Both the position numbers and the translations under genes were made by a program. This document shows positions 16,339 through 24,638 of a stretch of DNA of 32,000 nucleotides, piece after piece. The notes under the pieces are model-generated. The model was given only the letters and a program-made list of their open reading frames with translations, ran no database searches and was not told the DNA's origin. This DNA is from Xanthomonas campestris pv. campestris str. ATCC 33913 (GTDB lineage: Bacteria > Pseudomonadota > Gammaproteobacteria > Xanthomonadales > Xanthomonadaceae), in contig NC_003902.1 in NCBI RefSeq assembly GCF_000007145.1, positions 1,357,436 to 1,389,435 on the forward strand, given 5' to 3'. The stretch's first letter is position 1. Each line of letters opens with the position of its first letter.

Positions 16339-16341
16339 TTA
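16339..16341. repeat. Right copy of the TTA target-site duplication; doubles as the TAA stop codon of the GH43 gene on the minus strand
   Basis: The reverse complement of 16339..16365 reads FGPYAYRP-TAA. The TAA is the TSD copy abutting IRR. Confidence 0.75.
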
Positions 16342-18006
16342 CGGCCTGTAGGCGTACGGGCCGAAGGTGGCGCCAAGAAAGCCGCCGGCGGTTTCGGTGC
16401 TGAGCAGGCTGGCGTCGCCGCGTTCGAGCAAGGTCTGCCATTGCCCGTCGCCTACCGCGAAATCCACGTGCACCGTTGCCGCATCCAGCGCAACGCGCAG
16501 CGTCACCGGTTGCGTGACCGCGGGCAGCGGCATGCGCGCCTGGACCACGCCGGTGGGCGGCTCCTGCGTGCCGGCGCGGCGGTACAGCACCACCGCATTG
16601 CCGGCGGCTTCGCGCACCAGCATGGCGGCCAGGAAATGACTTTCCTTGGCGACCACCGCCAGCCCGGCTTGTTCGCCAATGGAGAGGTCGCTGCCATCCA
16701 CGCTGGCCACCAGCGTGGCGTGGTGGTGCTGCAGGCGGTGGCCGAGATAGGCGGGCTGGCCCGCGCCTTCGGTGCCCAGTGCGATGGTCGACGGGGTGAT
16801 GCGCAGGCCGGTCGGGCCGGTGGCAAACCACGGCTGGCGTGGCGGGTGGATGGTCATCCACTGCATCGGCACGCGCGCGCCATCGAAGCGCTCGCTCCAG
16901 TGCATCGGCCCGCTGGTCGGCGTGGCCTGCGTGCCGGCCGGCAGCGGTGGGCGCGTGGCCACCGACGGGATCGCCTTGCCATGTGGCAACACCAGCGGCC
17001 AGCCATCGCGCCATTGCACCGGCAGCAGGAAGGTTTCGCGGCCCAGGGTGTAATGGTTGCCGCGGTACGGGCGGGTGGCCAGAAACACCGCCCACCAGCT
17101 GCCATCGGCAAGTTCCACAAACTGCGCATGGCCAGCGGAGGTGATCGGGGCCGGGCGCGCCGGGTCGAGGTCGCGCTGGGTCAACACCGGATTGCCCGAC
17201 CACGGCTCGTAGGGGCCGGCGATCTGGCGGCTGCGGTAGACCATCTGCGCGTGCTGTTCGCCGGTGCCGCCTTCGGCCGCGGTGAGGTAGTAGTAGCCAT
17301 CGCGCCGGAACAGATGCGGGCCTTCGATGTGCTCGGGATTGCTGGCCGGTTGGAAGCCGGAATCCACGATCACCTGGCGCGGGCCGACCAGCTTCATGCG
17401 CGCCAGATCCAGTTGCTGCAACCAGATGGCGCGGTGGCCGTCGTAGCGCAACGTGCCGGCCGGCACATCGTTGTTGACCAGCCAGGCGCTGCCGTCGTCG
17501 TCGAAGAACAGCGACGGGTCGATGCCCTTGGCGTCCAGCCAGATCGGATCCGACCACGGCCCGGCCGGGTCCTTGGCGGTGATCAGGAAATTGCCCCCGT
17601 CGCAGTAGAAACAGGTGTTGGCGATGTAGAACGTGCCGTCATGGTGGCTGATGCTGGCGGCGAACAGGCCGCGGGTGAGCGCGTCGTTGCCGTAGTTGAT
17701 CTGGCCGGGGCGATCGATGGCGTTGCCGATCTGGATCCAGTGCACCAGATCGCTGCTCTTGAACACCGGCAGGCCCGGGAAATACCCGAAGCTGGAAGTG
17801 ACCAGATAAAACGCGTTGCCGACGCGGATCGCCGATGGGTCTGGATAGAAGCCGGCCAGCACTGGATTGCGGTACTGCGCGTCAGTGGGCACCGCGCCAC
17901 CGTCATCGCCCTGGTAGTCCACCTGGGTGATCAGCGCCGTGCCGGCCATTGCCATCTGGCAGGCCATGGCTAGCGCGATGCCACACATCCATCGCAGTCG
18001 TTCCAC
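16339..18006 (-). CDS. Glycoside hydrolase family 43 beta-xylosidase/alpha-L-arabinofuranosidase with C-terminal concanavalin-like domain; secreted
   Basis: This is the C-terminal 555 codons of the 1285-aa ORF 16339..20196. GH43 motifs: RNPVLAGFYPDPSAIRVGNAFYLVTSSFGYFPGLPVFKSSDLVHW, DPSLFFDDDGSAWLV, IEGPHLFRRDGYYYLTAAEGGTG. The preferred start is GTG at 18006, preceded by GGGGGA-N6, giving signal peptide M-ERLRWMCGIALAMACQMAMA. The ATG at 17988 is an alternative. Confidence 0.85.
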   Translation of the reverse strand: MERLRWMCGIALAMACQMAMAGTALITQVDYQGDDGGAVPTDAQYRNPVLAGFYPDPSAIRVGNAFYLVTSSFGYFPGLPVFKSSDLVHWIQIGNAIDRPGQINYGNDALTRGLFAASISHHDGTFYIANTCFYCDGGNFLITAKDPAGPWSDPIWLDAKGIDPSLFFDDDGSAWLVNNDVPAGTLRYDGHRAIWLQQLDLARMKLVGPRQVIVDSGFQPASNPEHIEGPHLFRRDGYYYLTAAEGGTGEQHAQMVYRSRQIAGPYEPWSGNPVLTQRDLDPARPAPITSAGHAQFVELADGSWWAVFLATRPYRGNHYTLGRETFLLPVQWRDGWPLVLPHGKAIPSVATRPPLPAGTQATPTSGPMHWSERFDGARVPMQWMTIHPPRQPWFATGPTGLRITPSTIALGTEGAGQPAYLGHRLQHHHATLVASVDGSDLSIGEQAGLAVVAKESHFLAAMLVREAAGNAVVLYRRAGTQEPPTGVVQARMPLPAVTQPVTLRVALDAATVHVDFAVGDGQWQTLLERGDASLLSTETAGGFLGATFGPYAYRP

Positions 18007-18285
18007 AGCATTTCCCCCTGGTAGCGCGGCGCCTTGGATGGTGTTCCGGCGCGCTGCCAAGCATGACAGCCCGCCCGCAGTGCCGGCATGACGGTTTGCC
18101 ATGCGAGGTGTGCCGGCCGGAATGGCTGGAGGCGCGCTCTGATCGACGCATCGCGGCCGGCATCGCTGCCATAGAGCTGCAACATCGCTGACATATCGTG
18201 CGCGCGGCGCCACACGGCGCCTCCCACGGCTTGCGCACGCCGAACGGACGCAACCACGCGCCACCCACCCAAGGATCACCCTCGC

Positions 18286-20655
18286 ATGTCGCTGTACTCG
18301 CCTGTTGCTTCTTCCCTGTCCTGTCTTGCCGCACGCAGCGTGACACGCTCCAGCGCCGGCCTGCAGCGCACACCGCTGGCACGCGCTTGCGCCGCATTGC
18401 TGTTTGCATCGGTGGCCACTGGCGCGGCCGCGCAACAGGCGCCGGCGAGCCAGGGCGAAGCCAGCCCGACCGCGCTGGACACGGTCACCGTCACTGCCGA
18501 ACACCGCGAACAGAACCTGCAGGACGTGCCAGTGTCGGTGGGCGTGGTGCAGGGCGCGGCGATGCGCGAGTACACCGCCGGTGGCGACGACACGCTGTTG
18601 GCGCTGTCCGGCCGGGTGCCGGGCTTCTATGCGGAAACCACCACCGGGCGCATCTTCCCGCGCTTCTATATTCGCGGCCTGGGCAATATCGACTTCTATC
18701 TCGGCGCTTCGCAGCCGGTGTCGATCATCCAGGACGACGTGGTGCTGGAGCACGTGGTGCTCAAGTCCAACCCCGTCTACGACGTGGACCAGGTGGAAGT
18801 GCTGCGCGGCCCGCAGGGCACCTTGTTCGGCCGCAATACCACGGCCGGCATCGTCAAGTTCGACACCGTCAAACCCGGCGACACCTACACCGGGCGCGTC
18901 AACGCCAGCTACGGCAGCTACAACACCATCTCGCTGGATGGCGGCTTTGGCGGCCCGATCAACGATGTGCTGTCGTTCCGCGTGTCGGCGTTGTACCAGC
19001 ACCGCGACGATTGGGTAGACAACACCTTCGCCGGCAGCAGCGCCGACGGCACACGCACGCCGCGCAAGGACGCGATGGGCGGGTACAACGACCGCAACGC
19101 GCGCCTGCAGCTGCTGCTCAAGCCCAGCGAGGAATTCTCGGTGCTGGCGTCCGCACACACGCGCGATTACGACGGTACCTCCACGTTGTTCCTGCGCAAT
19201 GCGGTGACCCGTGGCAGCGACAAGGTGGATGTGCCGCGCGACCGCGTGGCCTATGACGAAGCGCACGACAACCCGCAGGCGTACAAGACCGATGGCGGCT
19301 CGATCAAGGCGGTGTACGACTTCGGCGGCGTGTCGCTCACCTCCATCAGCGCCTACGAAACCACCTCCGGCTATAGCCGGGGCGACACCGATGGCGGCGC
19401 GGCGGCCAATTATCCGGTCAACGGTGTGCCGAACGGCTTCGGCCAGTCGATGGGGCAGATCCGCGATCTCGACCAGTACACCCAGGAATTGCGCCTGGCC
19501 AGCGTGGGCGATGACGCGCTGCAGTGGCAGGTGGGCGGGTTCTATTTCGATGGCCGCGACACCACCGACTTCTACCAGCGCGCCTATTTCCTGCAGACCG
19601 CCGCGCGGAACCCCAACAACTGGGTGCGCCTGCGCAACACCAATACCTCCTGGGCCGGCTTCGGTCAGCTCAGCTACAAGGCCACCGATGCGCTCACCCT
19701 GACCGCCGGCATTCGCCAGACCAAGGACACCAAGGAAACCCGCCTGCTCAAGACCGCCGACACCGCTGCCGGCGCGGTCACCTACCGCGGCCGTCGCGAC
19801 GTGCGCCTGTCCGACACCCAGCCCAGCTGGGACCTGAGCGCGATGTACGAAATCAACCCGGACCTGAGCGTGTATGCACGCGTGGCCCGCGGCTTCCGCG
19901 GCCCCACCATCCAGGGCCGCAGCGCGGTGTTCAACTCGGACTTCACCACCGCCGATTCGGAAACCATCCTGTCCTGGGAAGCAGGCATCAAGAGCAGCCT
20001 GTTCGACAACCGCCTGCGCCTGAATGTCAGTGGCTTCACCTACACGGTGGACGACATCCAGCTCAACGGCAACGACGCCGACGGCAATGGCGTGCTGTTC
20101 AACGCCGACAAGGCCAAGGCCTACGGCCTGGAAGCGGACCTGGATTGGCGCCCGATCTCCAACCTGTCGCTGACCGCCGGCCTGAGCCTGCTGCACAGCG
20201 AAATCCAGGACAAGCGTGTGTATGCGCAGGCCTGTGCGCTCAACGGCGTGGTGGTGTGCACGGTCAACGACCCCACCATCCGCGTGGGCGCCAACACCTT
20301 CGCGCAGATCGATGGCAACCCGCTGCCCAACGCGCCCAAGTACAACCTCAACCTGGCCGCGCGCTACGACATTCCGGTGGGCAATGACGGTGCGTTCTTC
20401 GTGTCCACCGACTGGAACAAGCAGGGTGAAACCAGCTTTGTGCTGTACGACTCCACCGAGTTTCGCGCCGACGGTAACTTCGAGGGCGGGCTCAAGCTGG
20501 GCTACACCGGTGGCTACGGCGCGTGGGAAGTGGCGGCGTTTGCGCGCAACATCACCAACGAAAAGAACGTCAAGGGCGTGATCGAGAACTACATGGCCGC
20601 GGTCTACAACGAGCCGCGCATTGTGGGCGTGTCGGTCAACGTCAACTGGCAGTAA
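18286..20655 (+). CDS. TonB-dependent outer-membrane receptor
   Basis: 789 aa. Signal peptide: ACAALLFASVATGAAAQQ. TonB-box-like: ALDTVTVTA. Plug motifs: NLQDVPVSVGVV, VEVLRGPQGTLFGRNTTAGIVKF. The long beta-barrel has alternating aromatic residues and ends in VSVNVNWQ. Divergent from the GH43 gene. Confidence 0.9.
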   Translation: MSLYSPVASSLSCLAARSVTRSSAGLQRTPLARACAALLFASVATGAAAQQAPASQGEASPTALDTVTVTAEHREQNLQDVPVSVGVVQGAAMREYTAGGDDTLLALSGRVPGFYAETTTGRIFPRFYIRGLGNIDFYLGASQPVSIIQDDVVLEHVVLKSNPVYDVDQVEVLRGPQGTLFGRNTTAGIVKFDTVKPGDTYTGRVNASYGSYNTISLDGGFGGPINDVLSFRVSALYQHRDDWVDNTFAGSSADGTRTPRKDAMGGYNDRNARLQLLLKPSEEFSVLASAHTRDYDGTSTLFLRNAVTRGSDKVDVPRDRVAYDEAHDNPQAYKTDGGSIKAVYDFGGVSLTSISAYETTSGYSRGDTDGGAAANYPVNGVPNGFGQSMGQIRDLDQYTQELRLASVGDDALQWQVGGFYFDGRDTTDFYQRAYFLQTAARNPNNWVRLRNTNTSWAGFGQLSYKATDALTLTAGIRQTKDTKETRLLKTADTAAGAVTYRGRRDVRLSDTQPSWDLSAMYEINPDLSVYARVARGFRGPTIQGRSAVFNSDFTTADSETILSWEAGIKSSLFDNRLRLNVSGFTYTVDDIQLNGNDADGNGVLFNADKAKAYGLEADLDWRPISNLSLTAGLSLLHSEIQDKRVYAQACALNGVVVCTVNDPTIRVGANTFAQIDGNPLPNAPKYNLNLAARYDIPVGNDGAFFVSTDWNKQGETSFVLYDSTEFRADGNFEGGLKLGYTGGYGAWEVAAFARNITNEKNVKGVIENYMAAVYNEPRIVGVSVNVNWQ

Positions 20656-20676
20656 GCGAAAGCGTTTGCGCTGTAA

Positions 20677-20707
20677 GCAGTGCGGCGGCCATGAGCCGCC
20701 GCACTGC
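20677..20707 (+). terminator. Perfect 13-bp GC-rich hairpin downstream of the TonB-dependent receptor gene; no U-tract
   Basis: GCAGTGCGGCGGC (20677..20689), loop CATGA, GCCGCCGCACTGC (20695..20707). It lies 22 nt after the stop at 20655. Confidence 0.45.
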
Positions 20708-20797
20708 GTTCAAACGGCTTGCAGCTTTCAAACGGCTTGCAGCGTTCAAACGGCTTGCAGCGTTCAAACGGCTTGCAGCGTTCAAACGGCTTGCAGC
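20708..20797. repeat. 18-bp tandem repeat GTTCAAACGGCTTGCAGC x5 (second unit starts with T)
   Basis: Five contiguous units at 20708, 20726, 20744, 20762 and 20780, directly abutting the hairpin. Located in the convergent intergenic region between the receptor gene and trxC. Confidence 0.95.
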
Positions 20798-20936
20798 GTG
20801 CAGGCGTCTCATCGTGCAACCTGCGCGTGGATCAACCACTGCTGCCAGTTGGCCGGCCGCTGATCGACCTCATGGCCTGACGCGCGCATGTGTCGCATGC
20901 ACACACGCATGCAGCACGCATCCGCATGCACGGACT

Positions 20937-21383
20937 TCAGTGGCTGGACAGCACCGAACGCGCCCAGGCGATGATCTGTGTGCTGCCCATGGCGCCGGAC
21001 TGACGGGCCAGTTCCTTGCCGTTGCGCAGGATCAGCAGGGTAGGGATGCTGCGAATTCCAAACCGCGTGCCCAACACCGGATGCAGATCGGTGTCCACCT
21101 TGGCCAGGCGCAGCTGCGGCTCCAGGCTGGCGGCGGCCGCGGCAAACTGCGGCGCCATGCTCAGGCACGGCCCGCACCACGGGGCCCAGAAATCCACCAG
21201 CAGCGGCAGTTCGCTACGTACCGCATGTTTATCGAAATCCGCCGACGACAGCGCCACCGGCGTGCCCAGGAACAAAGCGGTATGGCAGCTGCCGCACTTG
21301 GGCGCATCGCGCAGCCGCGAGGGCGGCAGCCGGTTCATTGCGGCGCAGCTGGGGCAGGCCACCAGTAGCGGTGTATCGGTCAT
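20937..21383 (-). CDS. trxC: Thioredoxin 2 (zinc-finger-containing thioredoxin)
   Basis: The ATG at 21383 is preceded by GGAGAG; 148 aa. N-terminal CxxC...CxxC zinc finger (CPSCAAMNRLPPSRLRDAPKCGSC). Active site: DFWAPWCGPC. Also RFGIRSIPTLLILRNGKE. It aligns by eye with E. coli TrxC along its whole length. Confidence 0.88.
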   Translation of the reverse strand: MTDTPLLVACPSCAAMNRLPPSRLRDAPKCGSCHTALFLGTPVALSSADFDKHAVRSELPLLVDFWAPWCGPCLSMAPQFAAAAASLEPQLRLAKVDTDLHPVLGTRFGIRSIPTLLILRNGKELARQSGAMGSTQIIAWARSVLSSH

Positions 21384-21425
21384 CAAGACTCTCCAGTGGG
21401 TACGCGCATTTGCCCGGCACGGCGT

Positions 21426-21452
21426 GTGCTGCATCGGCTTGCGATGCAGCAC
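21426..21452 (-). terminator. Perfect 11-bp hairpin between the DUF1428 gene and trxC; no U-tract
   Basis: GTGCTGCATCG (21426..21436), loop GCTTG, CGATGCAGCAC (21442..21452). It could terminate the upstream minus-strand gene or structure the trxC leader. Confidence 0.3.
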
Positions 21453-21558
21453 GCGCAGGCTGGTCAGTGTAATGCGCGCACCGCTGCAGCCTTGTGCAGG
21501 GCGGGTGGACGCACTGCCACTGGCGAATGCATCCACCCGCGGTTGCCGCGCAATGCGC

Positions 21559-21927
21559 TCAGCGGGCCGCCTTGCCCAGCGTGACGACCGGCACGAAGCC
21601 GCCGTAGATCATGCGCCTGCCGTCGAACGGCATCGGGTTGTTCTCCGGATCCATGCGCGGGTCGTCCATCATCTTCTGCATGCCGGCATCGCGGGTGGCC
21701 TTGTCTGGCCATTCGATCCAGGAAAACACCACGGTTTCGTCCGCGCTGGCTTCCACGGCGCGGTAGAAGTCGGTCTGCTTCCCATGGGCCACATCGTCGC
21801 CCCAGCATTCCACCACCCGCAGCGCGCCATGCTCCAGGCAGATCGCATCGCCGGTACGGGCGTGTTCGAGAAACTTCTCTTTGTTGGCAGTGGGCACGGC
21901 AAGCACAAACCCATCGATATACGACAT
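21559..21927 (-). CDS. DUF1428-family small cytoplasmic protein
   Basis: The ATG at 21927 is preceded by GGAGG; 122 aa. MSYIDGFVLAVPTANKEKFLEHA...VVFSWIEWPDKATRDAGMQKMMDDPRM matches my recollection of DUF1428 proteins. Confidence 0.7.
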   Translation of the reverse strand: MSYIDGFVLAVPTANKEKFLEHARTGDAICLEHGALRVVECWGDDVAHGKQTDFYRAVEASADETVVFSWIEWPDKATRDAGMQKMMDDPRMDPENNPMPFDGRRMIYGGFVPVVTLGKAAR

Positions 21928-22108
21928 GACAACCTCCGTTGGCAGGACGCACGGCGTGCGTCTGTAAATCACGACGAATGAAGCCTGCAAAAATCGACAT
22001 CAGAGACTGCGCGCGGCATTGCGTTGCACCGTGCGGATGAGGCTGCTTGCTGCTGTCCGTGCCGCGCCCAGTCATTGGGGCAGTTGCCAACAGCATCGCA
22101 GACCGGCG

Positions 22109-23233
22109 TCAGGCAGCCAGGTTGCGCCGGCGCAGTTTGGCCTCGAACACCACGTCGCCGTCTTCGTTGCGCGCCTGCAAGGTGCCGCCATGCGCCTTGA
22201 CGAACTGATCAGCGATGAATAACCCCAACCCCAGCCCCTGGCTGGCATGGAAGCTGGCCTTGAATGGTTCGAACAACCGCGGCATCAAGGTGTCGGGGAT
22301 GTGGCCGGTGTTGCGCACCGACAGCCGCAGGGTGTCGTGTTCACGGCCATCCAGGTGCACCTGCACCGGGTGGCGCCCACCATGCAGCACCGCGTTGCCG
22401 ACCAGGTTGGACACCACCTGCGCCAGGCGGTCGCCATCGCCATCGCCGTCCAGGTCGCCTTCGGTGCGCAGCTCGATCGGCGTATGCGGGTTGGCCTGCG
22501 CCACTTCGCCCACCACGCTGTGCGCCACCTCGCCCAGGTTGCATGGGCCGAACTGCATCGACAGCCCGTCGGTACGCAGGCGCGAGAAATCCAGCAATTG
22601 TTCGACCATGCGCGCCATGCGCCGCGCGCTGTTTTCCAGATGCTCCAGCGTGCGCGCGGCCGAGCCGTCTTCGGGCACGTCCAGGCCGAGCTTGTCCGCG
22701 CACAGCAGAATCACCGACAGCGGCGTGCGCAGGTCGTGGGTGAGCACCGCCATCATGGTTTCGTTGAGCGTGAGCGCGCGCTCGAGCGAGGCATTGCGGG
22801 CCTTGAGCAGGCGCCGCTGTTGGTACAACTCGATGAACACGTTGACCTTGCTCAGGATCACGTGCGGTTCGATTGGCTTGTGCAGGAAATCCACCGCGCC
22901 GGTTTCATAGCCCTGAAACGCACGCATCGGGTCGTTCGGCGAGGCGGTCAAAAAGATGATCGGCACATGCCGGCTGCGCTGCGAACCGCGCATCAGCTCG
23001 GCCAGCGAAAAGCCGTCCATCTCCGGCATGTGCACATCCAGCAATGCCAGTGCCACATCGTGTTCGAGCAGCAGCTCCAGCGCCTGCGCACCGGAAGCCG
23101 CGCACAGCACCTGGATCCCCTCGCGTTGCAGCAGCGCTTCCATGGCCACCAGGTTCTGCGGCACATCGTCGACGATCAGGATCTTGGCGGGTTCGTCGCT
23201 GCGGGCGGCGGCGCTGGTCGCGGTGAGGTTCAT
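22109..23233 (-). CDS. Response-regulator/histidine-kinase fusion (REC-HisKA-HATPase_c)
   Basis: Start MNLTATS at 23233, with an ATGA overlap with the cheB-like stop; 374 aa. REC: KILIVDDVPQNL...LALLDVHMPEMDGFS...FLHKPI. H-box: MMAVLTHDLRTPLS. ATPase: VSNLVGNAVLHG...GLGLGLFIADQFVKAHGG. Confidence 0.85.
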   Translation of the reverse strand: MNLTATSAAARSDEPAKILIVDDVPQNLVAMEALLQREGIQVLCAASGAQALELLLEHDVALALLDVHMPEMDGFSLAELMRGSQRSRHVPIIFLTASPNDPMRAFQGYETGAVDFLHKPIEPHVILSKVNVFIELYQQRRLLKARNASLERALTLNETMMAVLTHDLRTPLSVILLCADKLGLDVPEDGSAARTLEHLENSARRMARMVEQLLDFSRLRTDGLSMQFGPCNLGEVAHSVVGEVAQANPHTPIELRTEGDLDGDGDGDRLAQVVSNLVGNAVLHGGRHPVQVHLDGREHDTLRLSVRNTGHIPDTLMPRLFEPFKASFHASQGLGLGLFIADQFVKAHGGTLQARNEDGDVVFEAKLRRRNLAA

Positions 23234-23817
23234 GCGTGAAAGGCTTCCAGTCGGCTGCAGATCGCCTGCAGGGTGAGCACCGCATCGGCGCCGGCATGGG
23301 CGAGCGCGGAGGCGGGCATCAGGGGAGATGCGGCATCGTCGGGGCGCTGGATCCACGCGCTTCCGCCGGCAGTGCGCACCGCGGCCACGCCGGCACTGCC
23401 GTCGCTGCTGGCACCGGTGAGCAGGATCGCGAGCAGCCGCTGGCCGAACACATCGGCAGCCGATTCGAACAACGGGTCGATCGCCGGGCGCGAGAACAGC
23501 ACCGGTGCATCCATCGACAATGCCAGGCTGTCGCGGCCTTCCACCAGCAGGTGATAGTCCGGCGGCGCGATGGTCACCGTGCCGGGCTGCAGCGGTTGTT
23601 TGTCGATGGCTTCGCGCACCGGCAGCGCGCAGCGCGCATCCAGCAGCTCGGCCACCTGGCTGGGGCGGTCGCGCGGCAAATGCAGCACCACCAGCACCGG
23701 CATCGGCAGCGTGGCCGGCAGGCCGGACAACAGCGTCTGCAATGCCATCACGCCACCGGCGGAAGCGCCGATCACGATGGCATCGAATTCCAGATACTGC
23801 GGCGTGGCCGGGCTCAT
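23230..23817 (-). CDS. cheB: CheB-type protein-glutamate methylesterase/deamidase, catalytic domain only (no REC)
   Basis: 195 aa: FDAIVIGASAGGVMALQTLLSGLP...PVLVVLHLP...TIAPPDYHLLVE...SRPAIDPLFESAA...LLAILLTGASSDGSAG. ATGA overlaps occur at both ends. Confidence 0.85.
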   Translation of the reverse strand: MSPATPQYLEFDAIVIGASAGGVMALQTLLSGLPATLPMPVLVVLHLPRDRPSQVAELLDARCALPVREAIDKQPLQPGTVTIAPPDYHLLVEGRDSLALSMDAPVLFSRPAIDPLFESAADVFGQRLLAILLTGASSDGSAGVAAVRTAGGSAWIQRPDDAASPLMPASALAHAGADAVLTLQAICSRLEAFHA

Positions 23818-24638
23818 GCGGCCTTCCGGTACAACCGCTGCTCGCGCGCACAGGTTTCGAAGGCCTGTGCATGGGCGCCGAACTGCAGCGACTCCTTGCT
23901 ACCCAGCCCCAGGAAGCCACGGTGCACCAGCGCATCGTAGAACAGGCCCACCGCGCGATCCTGCAGGCTGCGGTTGAAATAGATCAGCACGTTGCGGCAC
24001 GACACCAGATGCACTTCGGAGAACACCGTGTCGGTGGCCAGGCTGTGATCGGCGAACACGATATTGCGCTTGAGCCGGCGGTCGAACACCGCGCCGTCGT
24101 AGGCGGTGGTGTAGTAGTCCGACAACGAACCGCGGCCGCCAGCGTCCAGATAGTTGCGGCTGAACTGGGCAATGCGGTCGATGCCGTAGGCGCCGGCCTC
24201 GGCCATGTTCAGTGCTTCGGGATTGATGTCGGTGGCGTAGATCACCGCGCGCTCCAGCAGGCCTTCTTCGTGCAGCAGGATCGCCAGCGACCAGACCTCT
24301 TCGCCGGTGCTGCAGCCGGCCACCCACAGCTTGATCGACGGATAGGTGCGCAACACCGGTACGGCGTGTTCGCGCAATACCCGAAAATACGCCGGGTCGC
24401 GAAACATTTCCGAGACCTGCACGGTAAAGAACTGCATTGCCTGGGCAAAGGTGTCCGGCTCGTGCAGCAAGCGGTGCTGCAGATCGGCCACGCGCGCGCA
24501 GTCGAAGCGGCCCATGGCGTGGCGCATGCGCCGGCGCAACGACGACACCGCGTAATCGCGAAAATCGTAGTGGTAGCGCTGGTAGACCGCTTCCAGCAGC
24601 ACGCGCAGCTCCAGGTCGAACAGCTCCACTTCAGTCAT
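23814..24638 (-). CDS. cheR: CheR-type protein-glutamate O-methyltransferase
   Basis: Start MTEVELF at 24638, with an ATGA overlap with the upstream kinase stop; 274 aa. FTVQVSEMFRDPAYF...IKLWVAGCSTGEEVWSLAILLHEEGL...IYATDINPEAL...LVSCRNVLIYF. Confidence 0.88.
   Translation of the reverse strand: MTEVELFDLELRVLLEAVYQRYHYDFRDYAVSSLRRRMRHAMGRFDCARVADLQHRLLHEPDTFAQAMQFFTVQVSEMFRDPAYFRVLREHAVPVLRTYPSIKLWVAGCSTGEEVWSLAILLHEEGLLERAVIYATDINPEALNMAEAGAYGIDRIAQFSRNYLDAGGRGSLSDYYTTAYDGAVFDRRLKRNIVFADHSLATDTVFSEVHLVSCRNVLIYFNRSLQDRAVGLFYDALVHRGFLGLGSKESLQFGAHAQAFETCAREQRLYRKAA

Noticed and set aside
16339-20196. 1285-aa open reading frame on the minus strand
   Set aside because: Only the C-terminal 555 codons (16339..18006) show GH43 motifs and a signal peptide. 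The upstream part of roughly 730 codons runs antisense through the well-supported TonB-dependent receptor gene. It has the Ala/Gly/Arg/Val-rich composition typical of shadow ORFs in high-GC DNA.
20885-20930. Cluster of CGCATGC(A) motifs (20894, 20906, 20923, plus partial copies) downstream of trxC
   Set aside because: The spacing is irregular (12 and 17 nt). I could not fold it into a convincing hairpin or match it to a known operator. It is probably low-complexity GC/AT alternation, and it is recorded only for completeness.
20523-21368. 281-aa plus-strand ORF containing an (AAFKRL)n repeat
   Set aside because: The repeat is simply the translation of the 18-bp intergenic tandem repeat. The ORF starts inside the receptor gene and runs antisense through trxC.
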